Part shown: piece after piece, positions 1 to 13,914 of the stretch
Numbering within the stretch: position 1 is the first letter of the stretch
How the letters are laid out: each line of letters begins with the position of its first letter
Origin: Balanoglossus misakiensis
Taxonomy: Eukaryota > Animalia > Hemichordata
DNA length: 64,000 bases
Assembly (NCBI GenBank): GCA_040954595.2
Contig: CM082592.2
Span: 11,230,017 to 11,294,016 of the forward strand
Reading direction: 5' to 3'
Translations under genes and position numbers: made by a program
The notes under the pieces: model-generated
Database searches by the model: none
Told to the model about the DNA's origin: nothing
Seen by the model: the letters and a program-made list of their open reading frames with translations, nothing else

Positions 1-750
1 TACAACTTGAACCATGTGTTTTCATGGTTCAATTGTCATTCATCTAATTATAATCTCATTATAAAGCAATTGATGTAATACTCCAGTATTAAATCCTGGT
101 TTTGTCTGATTTATGGAGTCATATTTCTAAAATCCACTGACCTTTCTGTCTGAGTATAAAAGACTGCCAGATTTGATTAGGCTACAGATGATGGAAGACC
201 AGGAAATGAATGGCTTGCATTTATCCCGGAGATAAAATTGGATGACATTTGGAAACTCTGTGGAGATGTGACTGTTATTTCTCAAGAATGAAGATTCTAG
301 ATCTCCTCTTTTCCATCTCAGAACTCAGATGTTTTCTGCATCTTTTGTGTCCAACTCAATCTGAATCTCAGCCAATTGGATTTTGTGAGAGTTTTCAATC
401 ATATGATCACCTAACAAGGTCAGCTGGTGCAGTGACAATACACTGTGTAAGGCTATTGAGGGATGGAAATTGACATCCAACAAGAATTGTTATCCTGTTC
501 ATGCAGATGGCAATTCTTTCTACAGTTTGATTATAGTTAGAATATAGTTGAATAAAATTTCAATATTTTAATCACTGGCAATAAAAGGTTAATATTAACA
601 GTTTCAATAACTGAAAGCAACTGTTCCTCTGTTGTCAGCTGCTCAGGTCAAGGTCAACTTGAGGAATTTGTGAAGGGTAATAAAATTAAATGTCCTTTTT
701 TGATTGCTGATAATAAAATTTCAATATTTTATTTCGTTTGTGCATTTCAG

Positions 751-1908
751 ATTATCTTTGTGAACCTGATGCGAATGTCTTCAACATAGATTTTACAAGG
801 TTCAAAATCCGTGATATGGACTCAGGCACAGTGTTGTTTGAGATCGCCAAACCGCCACCTTCAGGTAATTATTCATTGTGGTCTGCTTTTCTTCTTCCTT
901 TTTACTTAATGAGTTTTTTGTAGGTTTCCAAAAATTAATTAGCAGTGGCCAGTACTCTTAATTGCCATGGGAATGGAATTAATATGACAAAAATTTGTTC
1001 AAGCCTACATCTGATGCACAGTGAGAACATTTGTTTGATGTGTGTGTTTTTATGTTCTCCTATATTCTCCTTCAGAGGATGATGATGAACTTGAAGCAGA
1101 CTCTGAGGATATCGACCCAAATGCTGGTAGATTTGTAAGGTATCAATTCACCCCACAGTTCTTGAAACTACAGAATGTTGGCGCAACGTAAGTATGCTAT
1201 ATTTGTCTTATGCTTTGAACATCACACAGGCGCTATCTGTCTGTCTGTCTGACAATATTAGTATTGATTGATATCGGCTTTGTGGTCTAGTGTCTGCAAT
1301 GTTTCCTTGTTGACAGGGCAAAAGCATTCCAGCTGTAAACTAGTGACATTCACTGACTCCTTTGTTCAGATTCATGTACTTTGAAGCCGTCTCTAACAAT
1401 CATCATTTATTTTACTCTTTTGATATTACAGGGTTGAATTTACAGTAGGTGACAAACCAGTGAATAATTTCCGAATGATTGAGAGACATTACTTCAGAGA
1501 AAGGCTGCTTAAGAGTTTTGACTTCAACTTTGGTTTCTGCATTCCAAACAGTAAGAACACATGTGAACATATATATGAATTTCCAGAACTCACACCTGAA
1601 GAAAGTAAGTACTTCACTCAACTAGACTTTTCTTTCAGTATAAACTTTCACATTAGACTTATTCTTATTTTCCAAAAAGATTCTGCTATTTGTTGAGTGT
1701 TGATTTCTTGTATATAAGTCCAGCGCCCTCGTGCATCTATCGTGAATTTGAACTGATTTTTTTCATCTTATTTGTGTCTATTGCAGGTCAAGAAATGATT
1801 GACAATCCTTTTGAAACCAGGTCTGACAGTTATTACTTTGTTGACAACAAACTGATAATGCACAACAAAGCTGATTATGCGTACAATGGTGGACAAGGTG
1901 CCATGTGA
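751..1908 (+). CDS. UNC119: UNC119 myristoyl-binding trafficking chaperone, last four coding exons (751-864, 1076-1187, 1432-1604, 1787-1908); the N-terminal exon(s) lie upstream of the window
   Basis: Spliced translation includes [87 protein letters not shown] and [26 protein letters not shown], all typical of UNC119. All introns are GT-AG and in frame. Confidence 0.96.
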
Positions 1909-2715
1909 TTGGCACGTCTGGATATTACTTGAGGCGTGAAACCAACTTCTCTTTTTACTTTCCAAATTTGAGAATTCAAACAAAAGCTACACCCTTCCGA
2001 AAAAAATAAATAAAGCAATGAGTCATTAAAGATCCCCTCTCTATGAAAGAAATATTGAATATAACTGAGAAAACCAGGTGTAAATTTTTTTCTGGCCACC
2101 ACTATATTTTGCTAAGTTCAAATATCGGTTTGAGTTTCCCACTTTTTAGACATCATCGGTGAGGAATATGTTTCTAATATTTGTTAGAAATGATGGACTA
2201 CATGTATACAGAAGAAATGAGTCATTTTGGACTGCATCAGTTTCCAGTTTTCTTTCTGTAAAAAAAATTAAGGGGGTGTCAATTTTGTAAGAGAAACCCC
2301 CCAGAGTAGATTCAGTTCTTGGTTGTGTTACCCGTCCATGCTGTTGTATAGGTTGGAAAGTCAATTCTTATATAATTATCTGGAACTTTGAATTCCACAA
2401 GTATAAATTGTAAAAATTTAGCTCTGTCTTGGATGTGAAATAATTGTTTGCTCTTTGTCACACGTGTTACAAACAAATTCTTAAAGTCTCATATTTTTTT
2501 CAAATTACCATGATTGATGTAATTGTGCTAACGCTAAACTGAATATGATTCCTCCGTGATTAATGAGTTCAATAAAAGTTCTAATCTTTCCTCTGACAGT
2601 GTTGCCAGGTTAATGTATTATGATGGACAAAATTGACGTTCGGTTTGGATGCGAGTGTTTTTGTACTGAGGTCATTCAGTGACCACCATCCTCTGTCAAT
2701 ACCACAATGACAGTG

Positions 2716-2804
2716 TAACCCTTTCACCCCCAGTTCCGTCTTTAGAGGTCCAACCAGACCATAGAAAACAATGGATATGGACTGGACCATGGTGGTGAAA
2801 GGGT
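2716..2804. mobile_element. Short non-autonomous TIR element (MITE), family A, piggyBac-like ends
   Basis: Begins aaccctttcacc and ends ggtgaaagggtt (12-bp inverted repeat). The internal sequence recurs at about 16833, 20652, 47717 and 62673. Confidence 0.7.
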
Positions 2805-5515
2805 TCAGGTAATTAGATGCATCAAAGTGCAAAGAAAAGGATGTGGTTTGCTGAGGTTTATTCAGATTGTCAGTTGGAAAAAAGACTGTCATTTAATGAG
2901 ACTTGTATATTTCACTATGACCCTATAGGGGAGAATTGAACCATTTTGATCTGTTGTGTATTTGTAGATCTGGAAGCCACATTGGGATGGTGTGGTCTCC
3001 TGAATGACATATGCAATACATGTACTTCATCGTGTGCATTCAGATAAAGGGTATCACCTACCATGTACCTCTGTGGTATTGCATGTGTCATGAGAAGAGA
3101 CCATGCCAGTTGTCAGGGTGTTCCAATGATCAGATCGTCTGTTTTCTGTTCACAGTTGATACAGCCAAGAATTCAGCAATTGGCATTTCAACCATGCGCT
3201 CTCTTCACAGTAATAGCCATGTCATGCATGATTGCTGATTCCGGCAAAAAGTTTGAAAGTTCCCACTGTGTGTATTTTCTCATGAAACATTTACATCAGG
3301 TGGAGAGAGGGTATATTTTATCAACTCCCTGAAAACAGAATTTCAACTCTTAAAGATTTCACATCTCAGTTGAAAGTGTCAGTCACCCACTTATAGGTTG
3401 GTTCGTTCAATGGCATTGACATCCCGGCCAAGAGACTTAACATGATTGCATTCTGGACCTTATTCAAAGTTATTTGTGTACAAACTCTCCCCTAGGGAAC
3501 TTTTCATTCCAGTGCATGTGTGTCATCTGTGAACAAGCAGAGAACATCTGATCCTGATCACCTTTGAGGGTTTACCATATATGTATATATTTCATGTCAA
3601 CGAAATTTCCTTTATTTCATTTTTAAGCGACCAAAAAACCATGTAGTACACTTTCCAAGTCTACTTGTGCACCTTGTGTAGTGTTCAGATAAGTTACAAT
3701 TAATTTACAGAAAAAAGATTAAGATTACCTTGTAATTTACAACGTGAAATCTTTTGACTTCACTGGAACAAGGCATTGGTTCACAAACGAGGAAGTATTA
3801 ATGTAATATGTGTATAGTCTTGAACTAAATTTCATCAGATTATATTTGCCATGATGTCAGAACTTTGACTCTGACATGTGAACTTTCTATTCTACACATT
3901 GGTTACAAAGTTAAGGAAATAAAGATTTCGCAGCACTACCTTTTTTGCATTCGTCACAACGATCTCCCGAAACACAAGCTGATCAGACAGGACCAAGAAA
4001 GTGCGCCCTCAGGAGATTTTGCATTGGCTACTGGTTATATATACACTGTGTTTGTAAAATTTGACTAAGTTGAACGGTGAGGTGATATTTTGTCTGCCCC
4101 ACCGCTGCTTCATCTGGCATATCAATTTTTCTCAAGTACTGTTTTCATCAGTTGTGTGTTATCGTTATAATTGTATATATATATAGCTGTTTTGTAATGT
4201 GTTCATATTAAAATGCACGTTAGATAAACCATCAGTGCTTGCAATAAAGTAGACCACTGGTTTGCAATCATTGTTTCTCGGGTATTTATTTTCTGAGCAG
4301 CGACTGTGAATAACGAGAGTTTATTGTACATTCGAAGCCGTTTTATCAAGTTTTTTTTAATTTCAACGCACAACATGCAAATATAGCACGCTTGCACCTG
4401 ACTTGCGAGGAAAGCTAAGAATAGAAAAATTTACATAATGAATTTGCAAATCTCAGGCAAAAACTTGGAAGAGGCACGCATCTCTAGCTCTGCAGACAAG
4501 TTTGAATGAGGAAATGAACTCCGTTTGAGGCCATGCTGCTCGGAGAGGAGAGTTTGTGCATTACAATAAGAATGTTGTCAATCTGTTGTGGACGACTGGT
4601 CAATGTTTATGGAACGGTGAAACGCACAGGTTTGAAATCAACATCATGTTGCTTGAAGTGTTCGTTGCATGAGGTCGACCAGCAACACCATGCACCTGTC
4701 TTTTGAAGACCATCCGTACACATTTATTCGCTGACGTTGTCCGTGCAGTTTTTTCGCCAATACTGGTAAGTTTTCTTTTATAATTATGACCTTATGCTTG
4801 CCTCATGATGTATTGCGCTTCTGGGAATACATGGGTCCACGTGTTTCACGACAGCCACGCCCACAAGGGGCACATGGCAGCAGACATTTTCATCGGCAGT
4901 TGTAGCTTTGCTGTCTGCAACGACTTCCATCATAATTGTGAAGTTATAAGTCAAGCAGATGTAGAAAATGACAATTAAACAGAAAATTCTAGATGTCAAC
5001 ATAAAAGGATAACTATCTGCATATTTCTGGAAGTGACAACTTTCAGTTGACCACACGCACAGTTGTACCACTCACACGGACACGTGCGTGCGCGCACACA
5101 CGCACTCCCTCATGCGGCAGGAGGCTGTAGAGGATTGAATCAGATCCTCCCAGATTACAAATACACGAAGTTCAAAGAGATATTTTTTAAAACATATGCT
5201 TGTTTTATTCTCTTGAATGTTGTCTAGCATGCTGCATGATAAAGTACTCTCTAAAACTGGCAATGTCAACACAGTATTGTAAAACCTTGCTTCTCTCCAT
5301 GGCAACAGCTGCATTCCCCAAGTGGTTGGTTGATTACAGTGCTGTCAGAACACAATTCAATTTACTGATGAATAGTACGACATGCTGATTTCTCTTCCAG
5401 ACATTAACATGCATATATATACTATTACGAACTGAAAATAAATTATGGGAAATACAATAAAATTATTTAACCTGCAAATATTTGAACAGAGTAACATTTC
5501 ACACAAATAGTTATA

Positions 5516-5661
5516 TAGCTGTGGGTCCATAGCTGTGATGTTTTCTGACAGGATTTTCTTCCTTTTTAGGCTGATTTCGACTTTAACGACTTTTTAAAAA
5601 GTCGTAAAAGTCAAAATAGAATATCCCATCTGAAAACACCACAGCTATTGACCCACAGCTA
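5516..5661. mobile_element. Palindromic hairpin element (MITE-like)
   Basis: Left arm tagctgtgggtccatagctgtgatgttttc pairs with right arm gaaaacaccacagctattgacccacagcta. Central palindrome gactttaacgactttttaaaaagtcgtaaaagtc. Confidence 0.7.
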
Positions 5662-8156
5662 ATAGTAATGCTGCTTTCACAAGACAAATTACAAAAGTGA
5701 CAAATAAAATCTGGAAATATAATCACACAATACAAACATGAACTCTTATAAAAATGTGAACATATAAATAAAAAACAAGGTAATTAATGTCTGAAAGGAA
5801 ACTGTTCTGTTCATCCTCTGAATATTCTTTGTCCAAAGATAGGGGGTCAGTTTTATAATTTGTTAGTACTAGCCTAGAGGACCTTTATGCAAATATTCAG
5901 GTTTCAACCACCTAGGCTGGGAAACATAATCCACTTTGAGGTATGTATGGCCTTCTCAACCGTCCAAACAAATCAACAGATGTACTTCCTGACTAGAATT
6001 TATTGTAATTTTATTCTGAAACAACAGTGTAAAGGCAGCCCTTCTGACAAGAGGCTCCAGAAAACAAAATCATGTGTGAAATGTGAAACTGTAAATGGAT
6101 AGGTACGTTTCAAACACGGGGGTAGAAGTCACTACATGTACTTCCATGCTTGAAGTGAGGTAAATTACTTTGTAAAAATCCCAAGATTTTTTGTTACAGT
6201 GGTGAAACAGCAAATGCAAGATGGTTAGAATTTTGTGGGTGTAACTTGGAAATTAAGTACATGTAGTAGGTTCTGTTCATTGGATCATCCTGAACCATCG
6301 GTTTTTACATCCTGCTTCCAATCTTGGGTTTAGACAAAACATACTGCAGGGAAAAAAAGATTTTGAAAATAATGATGTTATTCATGGATTATATACCAAA
6401 GCTGTCTGTGGAGTCTTTGTATGTTTTGCCTTTGTCATGGAGATTAATTAATGTCTAAAAAAACATGGATACGACATGTTCCAGAGATCAACAGTGTGCT
6501 AACATAAATTACTTTTCACATGAAATGTAAAACTAATGAAAGGTGATAAAAAAAGAATTTTTACTGTACAAAAAGATTCGCCAATGAAAGATGAGCTGTC
6601 GACTAGACTCTATAAAATCACACATTTCAAAATCTCAATTAAATTTAAATGAAATGAAAGCTGCTTTGTGTACCTTTAAAACAAGAATCTATATTTAAAA
6701 TCTGGTAAAAAATAACACATCATTTCAAAATAAATATTTGTCAAAATTTTAACAGCTGCTACTTGCCTGAAATCCACCACAGTTTTTCCATGTTTAAAGT
6801 CACGTCTCTTTTTTCACCATTTTCAGATTAAATTCTGTAAAAAACAGGAATAGTTCGTATTTTCGCTATTAAAGGGTCAGGTAACGTTTGTATTGTCAAG
6901 CATCTGCCATGGCTTTTGTCGGTGGTTTTTGAGGAGTATTTGCGGTTAAGATAGTGCAATTTTTCAGGAGAGATGAAGCATGAACATTGACATATGCCTG
7001 CATGTATGTCTGACTCAATATTCTGGCACTTTCAAGAGTGGATTTCAGGTTTTCTTCATGACTAACAAGAACCTTCCAGTTTTGGTTGAAAAATTTCTTC
7101 AAATTATTACAAGATTTTCATGGTGATAGAAGACCAGGTACCGATCACTGTTTTGTGAATTTTCACGTTTTCACTACGGATGCTGCCAATAAGAGTACAG
7201 AGGAATTCAGAACTCTGCTAAAATAACCAAAGAACACTGATAATATCTACAACTGTACTGGCATTAACAAAAACACTGATACATCATCAATATCAGTAAA
7301 AAAAGATTTATTTGTTGAAGGTAAATGAAAGTCTGTTTCACACACTGAAAGAAGAAGAATCACACAATTTTTTTGCTTGAATTTTTTGGCAATTTTGCAG
7401 CCAAGGTCAATGTAGTTTCCATGCTTATGGCAGTTTCCAAGGTTACAAAGAATTCTAATCTTCGAGGTAGCAGTTAACTTATCAATTTCCAAAGATAGGA
7501 GGGAGATAAATTTAGGACAGATCCACACTCAGGGCCACTTACAGAATGAAGGCAGTTTGGCAGATACAAGTAGCTACCTTCTCCAGAAGAGAATTAAGCG
7601 AAACCTAGCATTCCCACGCACCACGATACAAAAAGTACTGTGTGCTTACAACAGCTATAGAAAGGCGCATATTCCTATGTACATTGCTCACCCATGTGTA
7701 TTTTATAGCACTATATTGTGACTGTGACTATTTCTCAATAGAACATTTGTTGAAGTCTGCAAATGACACCAGAAGCCTGCATGTTTATTTATATGAAGAA
7801 GTTGATAAAGCTTTATAAAGCTTTGGTTGAACAACTTGTGTACACACAAACAACCCAAACGGAATAATAATAAATATGGTGGTTTAAATTACAGTACACA
7901 AAATGTGTAGGTGGTGTTAATGGCAACAGATAAGTTAAAATAATAATAATAACATTATTATTATTATTATTATTGCTGTTGTTGATTCAACTTACACTTT
8001 GCTGTAAAGTTTCTCAATGTAAATAAATAGAGCTGATCTGGCAAAACAAGGCAGGCTTTTTTCAAAGTTTAATGAAAATGACTTATGTGTATAACAATAG
8101 TTTTGACATAAAACATTGAAAAAAGGCCAGCATTGTTTCAATTCAGCTTTAATAGT

Positions 8157-11100
8157 TTAGGGAAAAATAAAATATTCACTTGTCATGTTTGGTGTTTTTC
8201 TTTTGAATCTGTTTCTCCTCTCGCTGACCGTCCTCTTCCACTCGACTTTTGCGCTGTTTTCAAATAATGCTGCTCTGTTCTGATCTTCTCCCTTCTTGAC
8301 CCAGTGTGCATAAATCTTAAATGCGCACGCATCTATAGCTTTACGAATGTCTCTGATGCGATACGGGTCTTCCTTGACGGCTTTTAGTGAAATTGGGAAG
8401 TGTCCACTCCAATGCTTCATTTTGTAGATACATGTGACTACAAACACTGCTGCCTGTGTTGGGGACAAAAATAAAAACATTGATTTTTCCTCCAGAATTT
8501 CACAACATTTATCAGTAAATTAGACACACACACCAGTGATACTAATACAAGAGTGAGCTCATTACGTAAATAATAAATTGCAATAATAATCATTGCTTAC
8601 CTTAAACTTTCTCTTTGGAACAAATCGCATGGTTTTCGAACTTTCCGCAGTTTCAAAAAAAGGATGCAATAACGCTTGTTCTGCTGTTATCCTTCTTAAC
8701 GGATCGACTACTAATAATCTTGATATCTGTAAGGAAATGACAGTGGAAGAGATTGTCAGGATAATATCATCAGTAATTCACAGACTGGGAAAAAAAAACA
8801 TTTTTTTTTAAATTTTGCACGAGGAACCCCAGTGAAAGGAACGATCAACAGATAATTAAGAAACTTACAAGATCTTTGGGATACTCTGATATGTCATCCC
8901 ATTCTGGAGAACTAAAATGGTATCTTCCATCCATGATAGCTCTCAACATGATCATCTGTTTACGATGCCAGAAAGGTGGGGATCCTACCAAGCTGTGAAA
9001 ATGAAATAGAGAAGAAACGTATTTGTAAAGGATTCATGGAAAATAAAGAAGTGAAGTCTATAAAGGCCAGTTAAAGGCCACTATATACAGGTTTGACTAT
9101 ATTGTCAAAGATGACACAACATGGTTTAATGCAAGACGATTATTACTTACAGAGTATACATGATGACCCCACAGGCCCAAAGGTCAACTTCTTTGCTGTA
9201 TCCATCAACACCCATATTCATGTTGCATTTTAATATTTCAGGAGATAAGTAACCAGGTGTGCCACACAAGTCTGTAGAAAAAACAACAACCAAGAAATGA
9301 ACTTTGAGATTTTCATCACATTTACAAACTTGTAAAGTCTATGACTTTCTTTCAAATTCTGATCTCCAATTCTGTAAACTGCAGTGTCTGAAAAGTTAGT
9401 TCTTGCTTTTGAATATATTCATGCACACTGACCTGTAAGAAGATCATCTTCAGTAACTTCTACTGCAAATCCAAAGTCAGTAATCTTGACATTCATGGAC
9501 TCGTCCAGTAAAATATTCTCAGGCTGTGAAGTATGAAGTTGAAAACAATGATTTATTTGTTTGTTTGTTCAAAGCTCAGCAACAGGAGTGTTGGTTGAAA
9601 GTTCTTGCAACGTCCTTGTCCCAGTTCATCATAACATGACCTTTGCTGCACTTTTTGCGTCCATTGTTACATTGTTCACATGGAGTGGTCAATATATCAG
9701 CTAGTAGGGTTCCCATGGTGTGGTGGCAAAAGTTGAGGTATCAAATTTTTCGTCCTACAATGAGCTTTTGAAGTCACTATCTGGGACATGAAATGTGCAC
9801 TCTGACAAAACAGGCAAGGTCATTTCTTGACCATTGGTGGAGAGATTCTACCAATTTTTGGAGGTAAACTTTCAGTCACACAATACCTTTAAATCTCTGT
9901 GAACAACATCATAGTTGTGTACGTGGCACAATGCTTCAAAGATCTGTCGCATTATTTGCCTGGTGGAAAAACAAAAGAAAGAGGTCATGTCATCAACAGG
10001 AAATTGATAGGGTGGTCATTCAAAGTGACAAACATCATGCATTGTTTTCTTAAGCCAATATTATTTGTTGCCAAAATATTATCATGGATAGTGCTTGTAC
10101 ACAAACTCAGCCTTGCCCTTAGATAGCTATTCAAATACATGTAATGTTATGCAGAGTCCGACTTGCACTGTATTCATGAATATTCATATCAGTTGGGTCA
10201 CTGTAAAAAGCATACTATCATCTGTTACTGGCAGTGCAAAGAAAGCTGAACAGAATTTATTTGAAAAAAACTTAAAACAGTTTTTGCAAATAATAAATTC
10301 TTGGCTGTGTCTTACCTTGTCTTCTTCTCAGACAGAGTCACCACTGAAGTCAAGTAATCAAACAGTTCTCCATTTTTGCATCTGCCAATGTCCACACAGA
10401 AAAAAAACATTGGTGAATTCTCTCAAATACATCTAACATCATTAGTGATGGTTGGCAGTTTTACTGTCATGTTTCATCAGTCTAGCAGTTGTCATGGAAA
10501 CCAGCTTTCTACATGGCACATCAGAATAGGCCAAATTACAATTTGGTGATCGGGTTGACTGATTCCTAACTTGGGCATCATGTGTGTGTCCACGAACCAC
10601 TGATTTTTTCTGAACAGTTCTTTGCATCAGCTGTAATTTTTCTGCTTCGTGGAGAATTTTTACGTCAATGGTGCCATATTGCTTGCTTCATAAAAGACAG
10701 TGACGTTCACACACCTACGCAATATAAACTCTCAACTCTTACTCCAACCGGCCATACACAGCTGTACTTTGAGTTTGAGATAATCTCATATTGTCTCTAA
10801 TGCCAGCAGCCGGTTCTTTCAGTGAATTTGAGAATGTGTGGGCTGGCTATTTCACACGTCAGCCTCATATTATTATCTTAGTACATGTACATGAAATGAA
10901 AAAATATTTTCATGTATCATAAAAATTAAACACTGCTAACATGCCTTTTTGTCCTGGGGATTGGACAAAAAAATTACACATCATGGCCAGTTTACGATCA
11001 ATGTCACATTATACAAAGACTATCTGTTGATGGGCGTCGGCATCAATGACAGTGCCAATGTCAAATACTATTTTTGGCCACCAAGAATTTGAAATTATCT

Positions 11101-13914
11101 TTATATCAATTTGATGTTTTGTATATGATAAACCAACACATAGAACTAATGTACAGAATTTTACAAGATCATAAATTGATATGCTAATATTTGAAAGTTG
11201 ACGTTCATGATTCCCAAATCTTATCAGCAACACATCATATCCGTTGTTTACCACAGATTTTGTGGTCATCTAATTGTGTTGTTTCAATGAAAACAAAGAT
11301 AGCAGATACTTACAGCTCAAATACAAGAAAATAAAATGCCAGCGATTCAAAACAATCCACAAATCCAACTGAAAAAAAAAGAAAATTATTATGTCAGTCA
11401 TTTTATTGGTTTTTCTATTAAAATATTCATCACAGAATACACACTGATTTTTTTCTATGCTCCTTTAGATTGAAAATCAAAATTAAATCAGGGAAATGTA
11501 ACAGGGAACAAGAAAATAGAAATAAATCAAGGAAATGTAATAGGGAAACATAGGGACTGTCCCACCCATGAAAATAACCCTGCCCACTATCCTTAGTATT
11601 GGGTGTAGACGACACTACAGACAGACAATAGACTTCTTTCAATACACATAGGAGTTAACTATCTCCGCAGCCATGCATTAACATGGTCATCACGCATTTG
11701 AACCCCACATGAACCCTTTGCAAGCCTTGAGGACTTTCCATGTAATTGACAAAACAGATTTTGTCGCATTTCCTTCACTTTTCTAATTTTATAATCTGAT
11801 TGTCTGGGATTTCAAAATAATTTTTCTGGGTGTTAGGTCACATTTTCTTGATCAGGTATCAGTTCTGTCTGACTGCACAGTAAGATGGTTATCTAGTAAT
11901 AAGAAGACCAAATGGTAACCATGGTAACAAAATATTGACGTATTTGATGAAAATGCAATTTTATTTTATTTTTAGGGAGGGGATGGAGGAGGATGAAAAA
12001 TTGAGGATGGACTCACTGATGTTTGGATGTCCCGATACTCTCCTCAGAATTTCCACCTCACACTTGGTAGCTTCTTTGAGTGCCTCCGTCTCTGCCTCGG
12101 AAGTCTTCTCATTACTAATGTCTATGATTTTGACGGCGTACTCCTTGTGTGTTTTCCTTTCCACACATCTTCTCACCGTGCTGCTGATACCCCTGGTAGA
12201 GGTAAGATCATAATTCACAGTTACAGCGAAACACATCTCACTTGTTTCATATGCCGGTCAATGTAATACTGTAGCGTAAGCCTGGGTATGCCGCTTACTA
12301 AATGCATGTACGTCACGTCACAAGGGCATCAACCTTGAAACTCCCAAATGAGCTCACAGCGCTATTTAAATAAAACAGGAAGTGACGACTTCGCGACGTC
12401 CAGAAAACCAGATTGTTCCAGCGGCCTGTTGACCACTGAATGTCATTTACAAAGGGCTCATTTACATATTTATGGAATGCTCCACTCAGTTACCATGAAA
12501 CAACAAAAGGGTCAAAGTTTATCAAAGTTACTGGCTATTCAGGATGCCTTTCTTTAATCCCAAACTGTTCAGTTGGTGATTCAAGGATATTCCATTGACG
12601 AACAAGGATTTCTTGGAATCTTTGGGCAAAACTTCCAAACATTATAAATAAGAGTTCATTTACCCCTAAACCTTGAAAAATGCCAATTAATTAATGTAAT
12701 AATTAATCTTGCCAATTATGTAACTGTCATTAATATGGTGAAACCTGTGTCTATTTCAATCAACGAAAGTCAACAAAAACATATACTAATGTAGATAGGC
12801 TACTGATAATGGATTTGAACTGATCTTTGCATTATTGAAGGGCCTGGTAATTTAAAACTCTAGAACAATCCGGCATTTTCAAGGACTACCGGCACATTGA
12901 ACTTGAATTGACACGCGCATTACTCAGAGGGGAGCCTTTTGACGTTCAGGGAATGTCAAGGACTTTCATTGAGTGCATGAACTTTGGTGAACGTTTATTC
13001 TACAACGTATGACAATCACCTTTGGGAGAAGTACATCTACATGTGTATGTGCTCTGTTACATGTCTCCATCTGAAAAGGTTCAATCCAGGGTAGTTCACC
13101 TCAAATGACCTCCACATCGCTTTCCCAAGGAATACAATCAACTCCAATTTATATATATCCAAATATGGTTAAAAGGGCATTTCTGAGTCTTCTACAGAAC
13201 ATGTGGTGGCGCTCTTTTTCACATGGCCACCCACTGAAAATCTCTGATTGGCTAGATCTCAAATTTCATTAGTAACTGTGGCTAACTTTGCACAGTCGAC
13301 TGTATACTTTTAAAGCTTCAACAGTGACACCTGTATGCAATATTTTTGTAACAGAAATATCAAATTTTACAGCATTGAGCCTGGGTGTTAAATTCCTATA
13401 AATTCAACAACCTAACAATGTCAACATTTTGTATTAAAAAGCAATTCTTGGAAATCTAGCTCCAGCTTTCTTAGTATCATATCGCAAATACGCAAGTTGT
13501 CAAGTCGGTCATGGCCCAATTCCTTACAAAGCTCCACACAAATCCAAACTGAGGTCATAGACAATAGACAATACTGAGGTCATGTGTGCGTATCATAGTG
13601 ACTGCTTTAAACATTGTGAAAGAATAAACCAAAATGCATAAGGGGGCGGGCGGCTTCATGTGGGCAAAGCTGAACAAAGACAATGATGACACCAGTTTGG
13701 TTAATGTCTAACTTATTTTTGTACTGGTATATATTTTTTTTTGTGTTGTAGAAGAAAATACATAGATACTATAATAGGAAAGATTGATGAAAATCTAAAA
13801 ATTGCCTCACCTTCCTAAGATTTCCTTGGGTTCATACTTTGCGTAGAACTCCGAGTCATATGCAAAATCTGGCAGATCGTCATCTAAATCTTCATAGCTA
13901 TCTCCGATTGTCAT
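8157..13914 (-). CDS. PHKG: Phosphorylase b kinase gamma catalytic subunit; exons 13914-13811, 12192-12017, 11368-11314, 10381-10316, 9959-9887, 9523-9433, 9271-9151, 8992-8869, 8726-8601, 8453-8157
   Basis: Translation includes [73 protein letters not shown] and the C-terminal calmodulin-binding region [38 protein letters not shown]. Splice sites are canonical. Confidence 0.95.

Noticed and set aside
3011-3332. Overlapping short Cys/His-rich ORFs downstream of UNC119
   Set aside because: No domain pattern or splice support. Most likely chance ORFs in a long 3' UTR.
7941-7973. (TAA)n/(TTA)n inverted microsatellite
   Set aside because: Ordinary low-complexity sequence in the PHKG 3' region.
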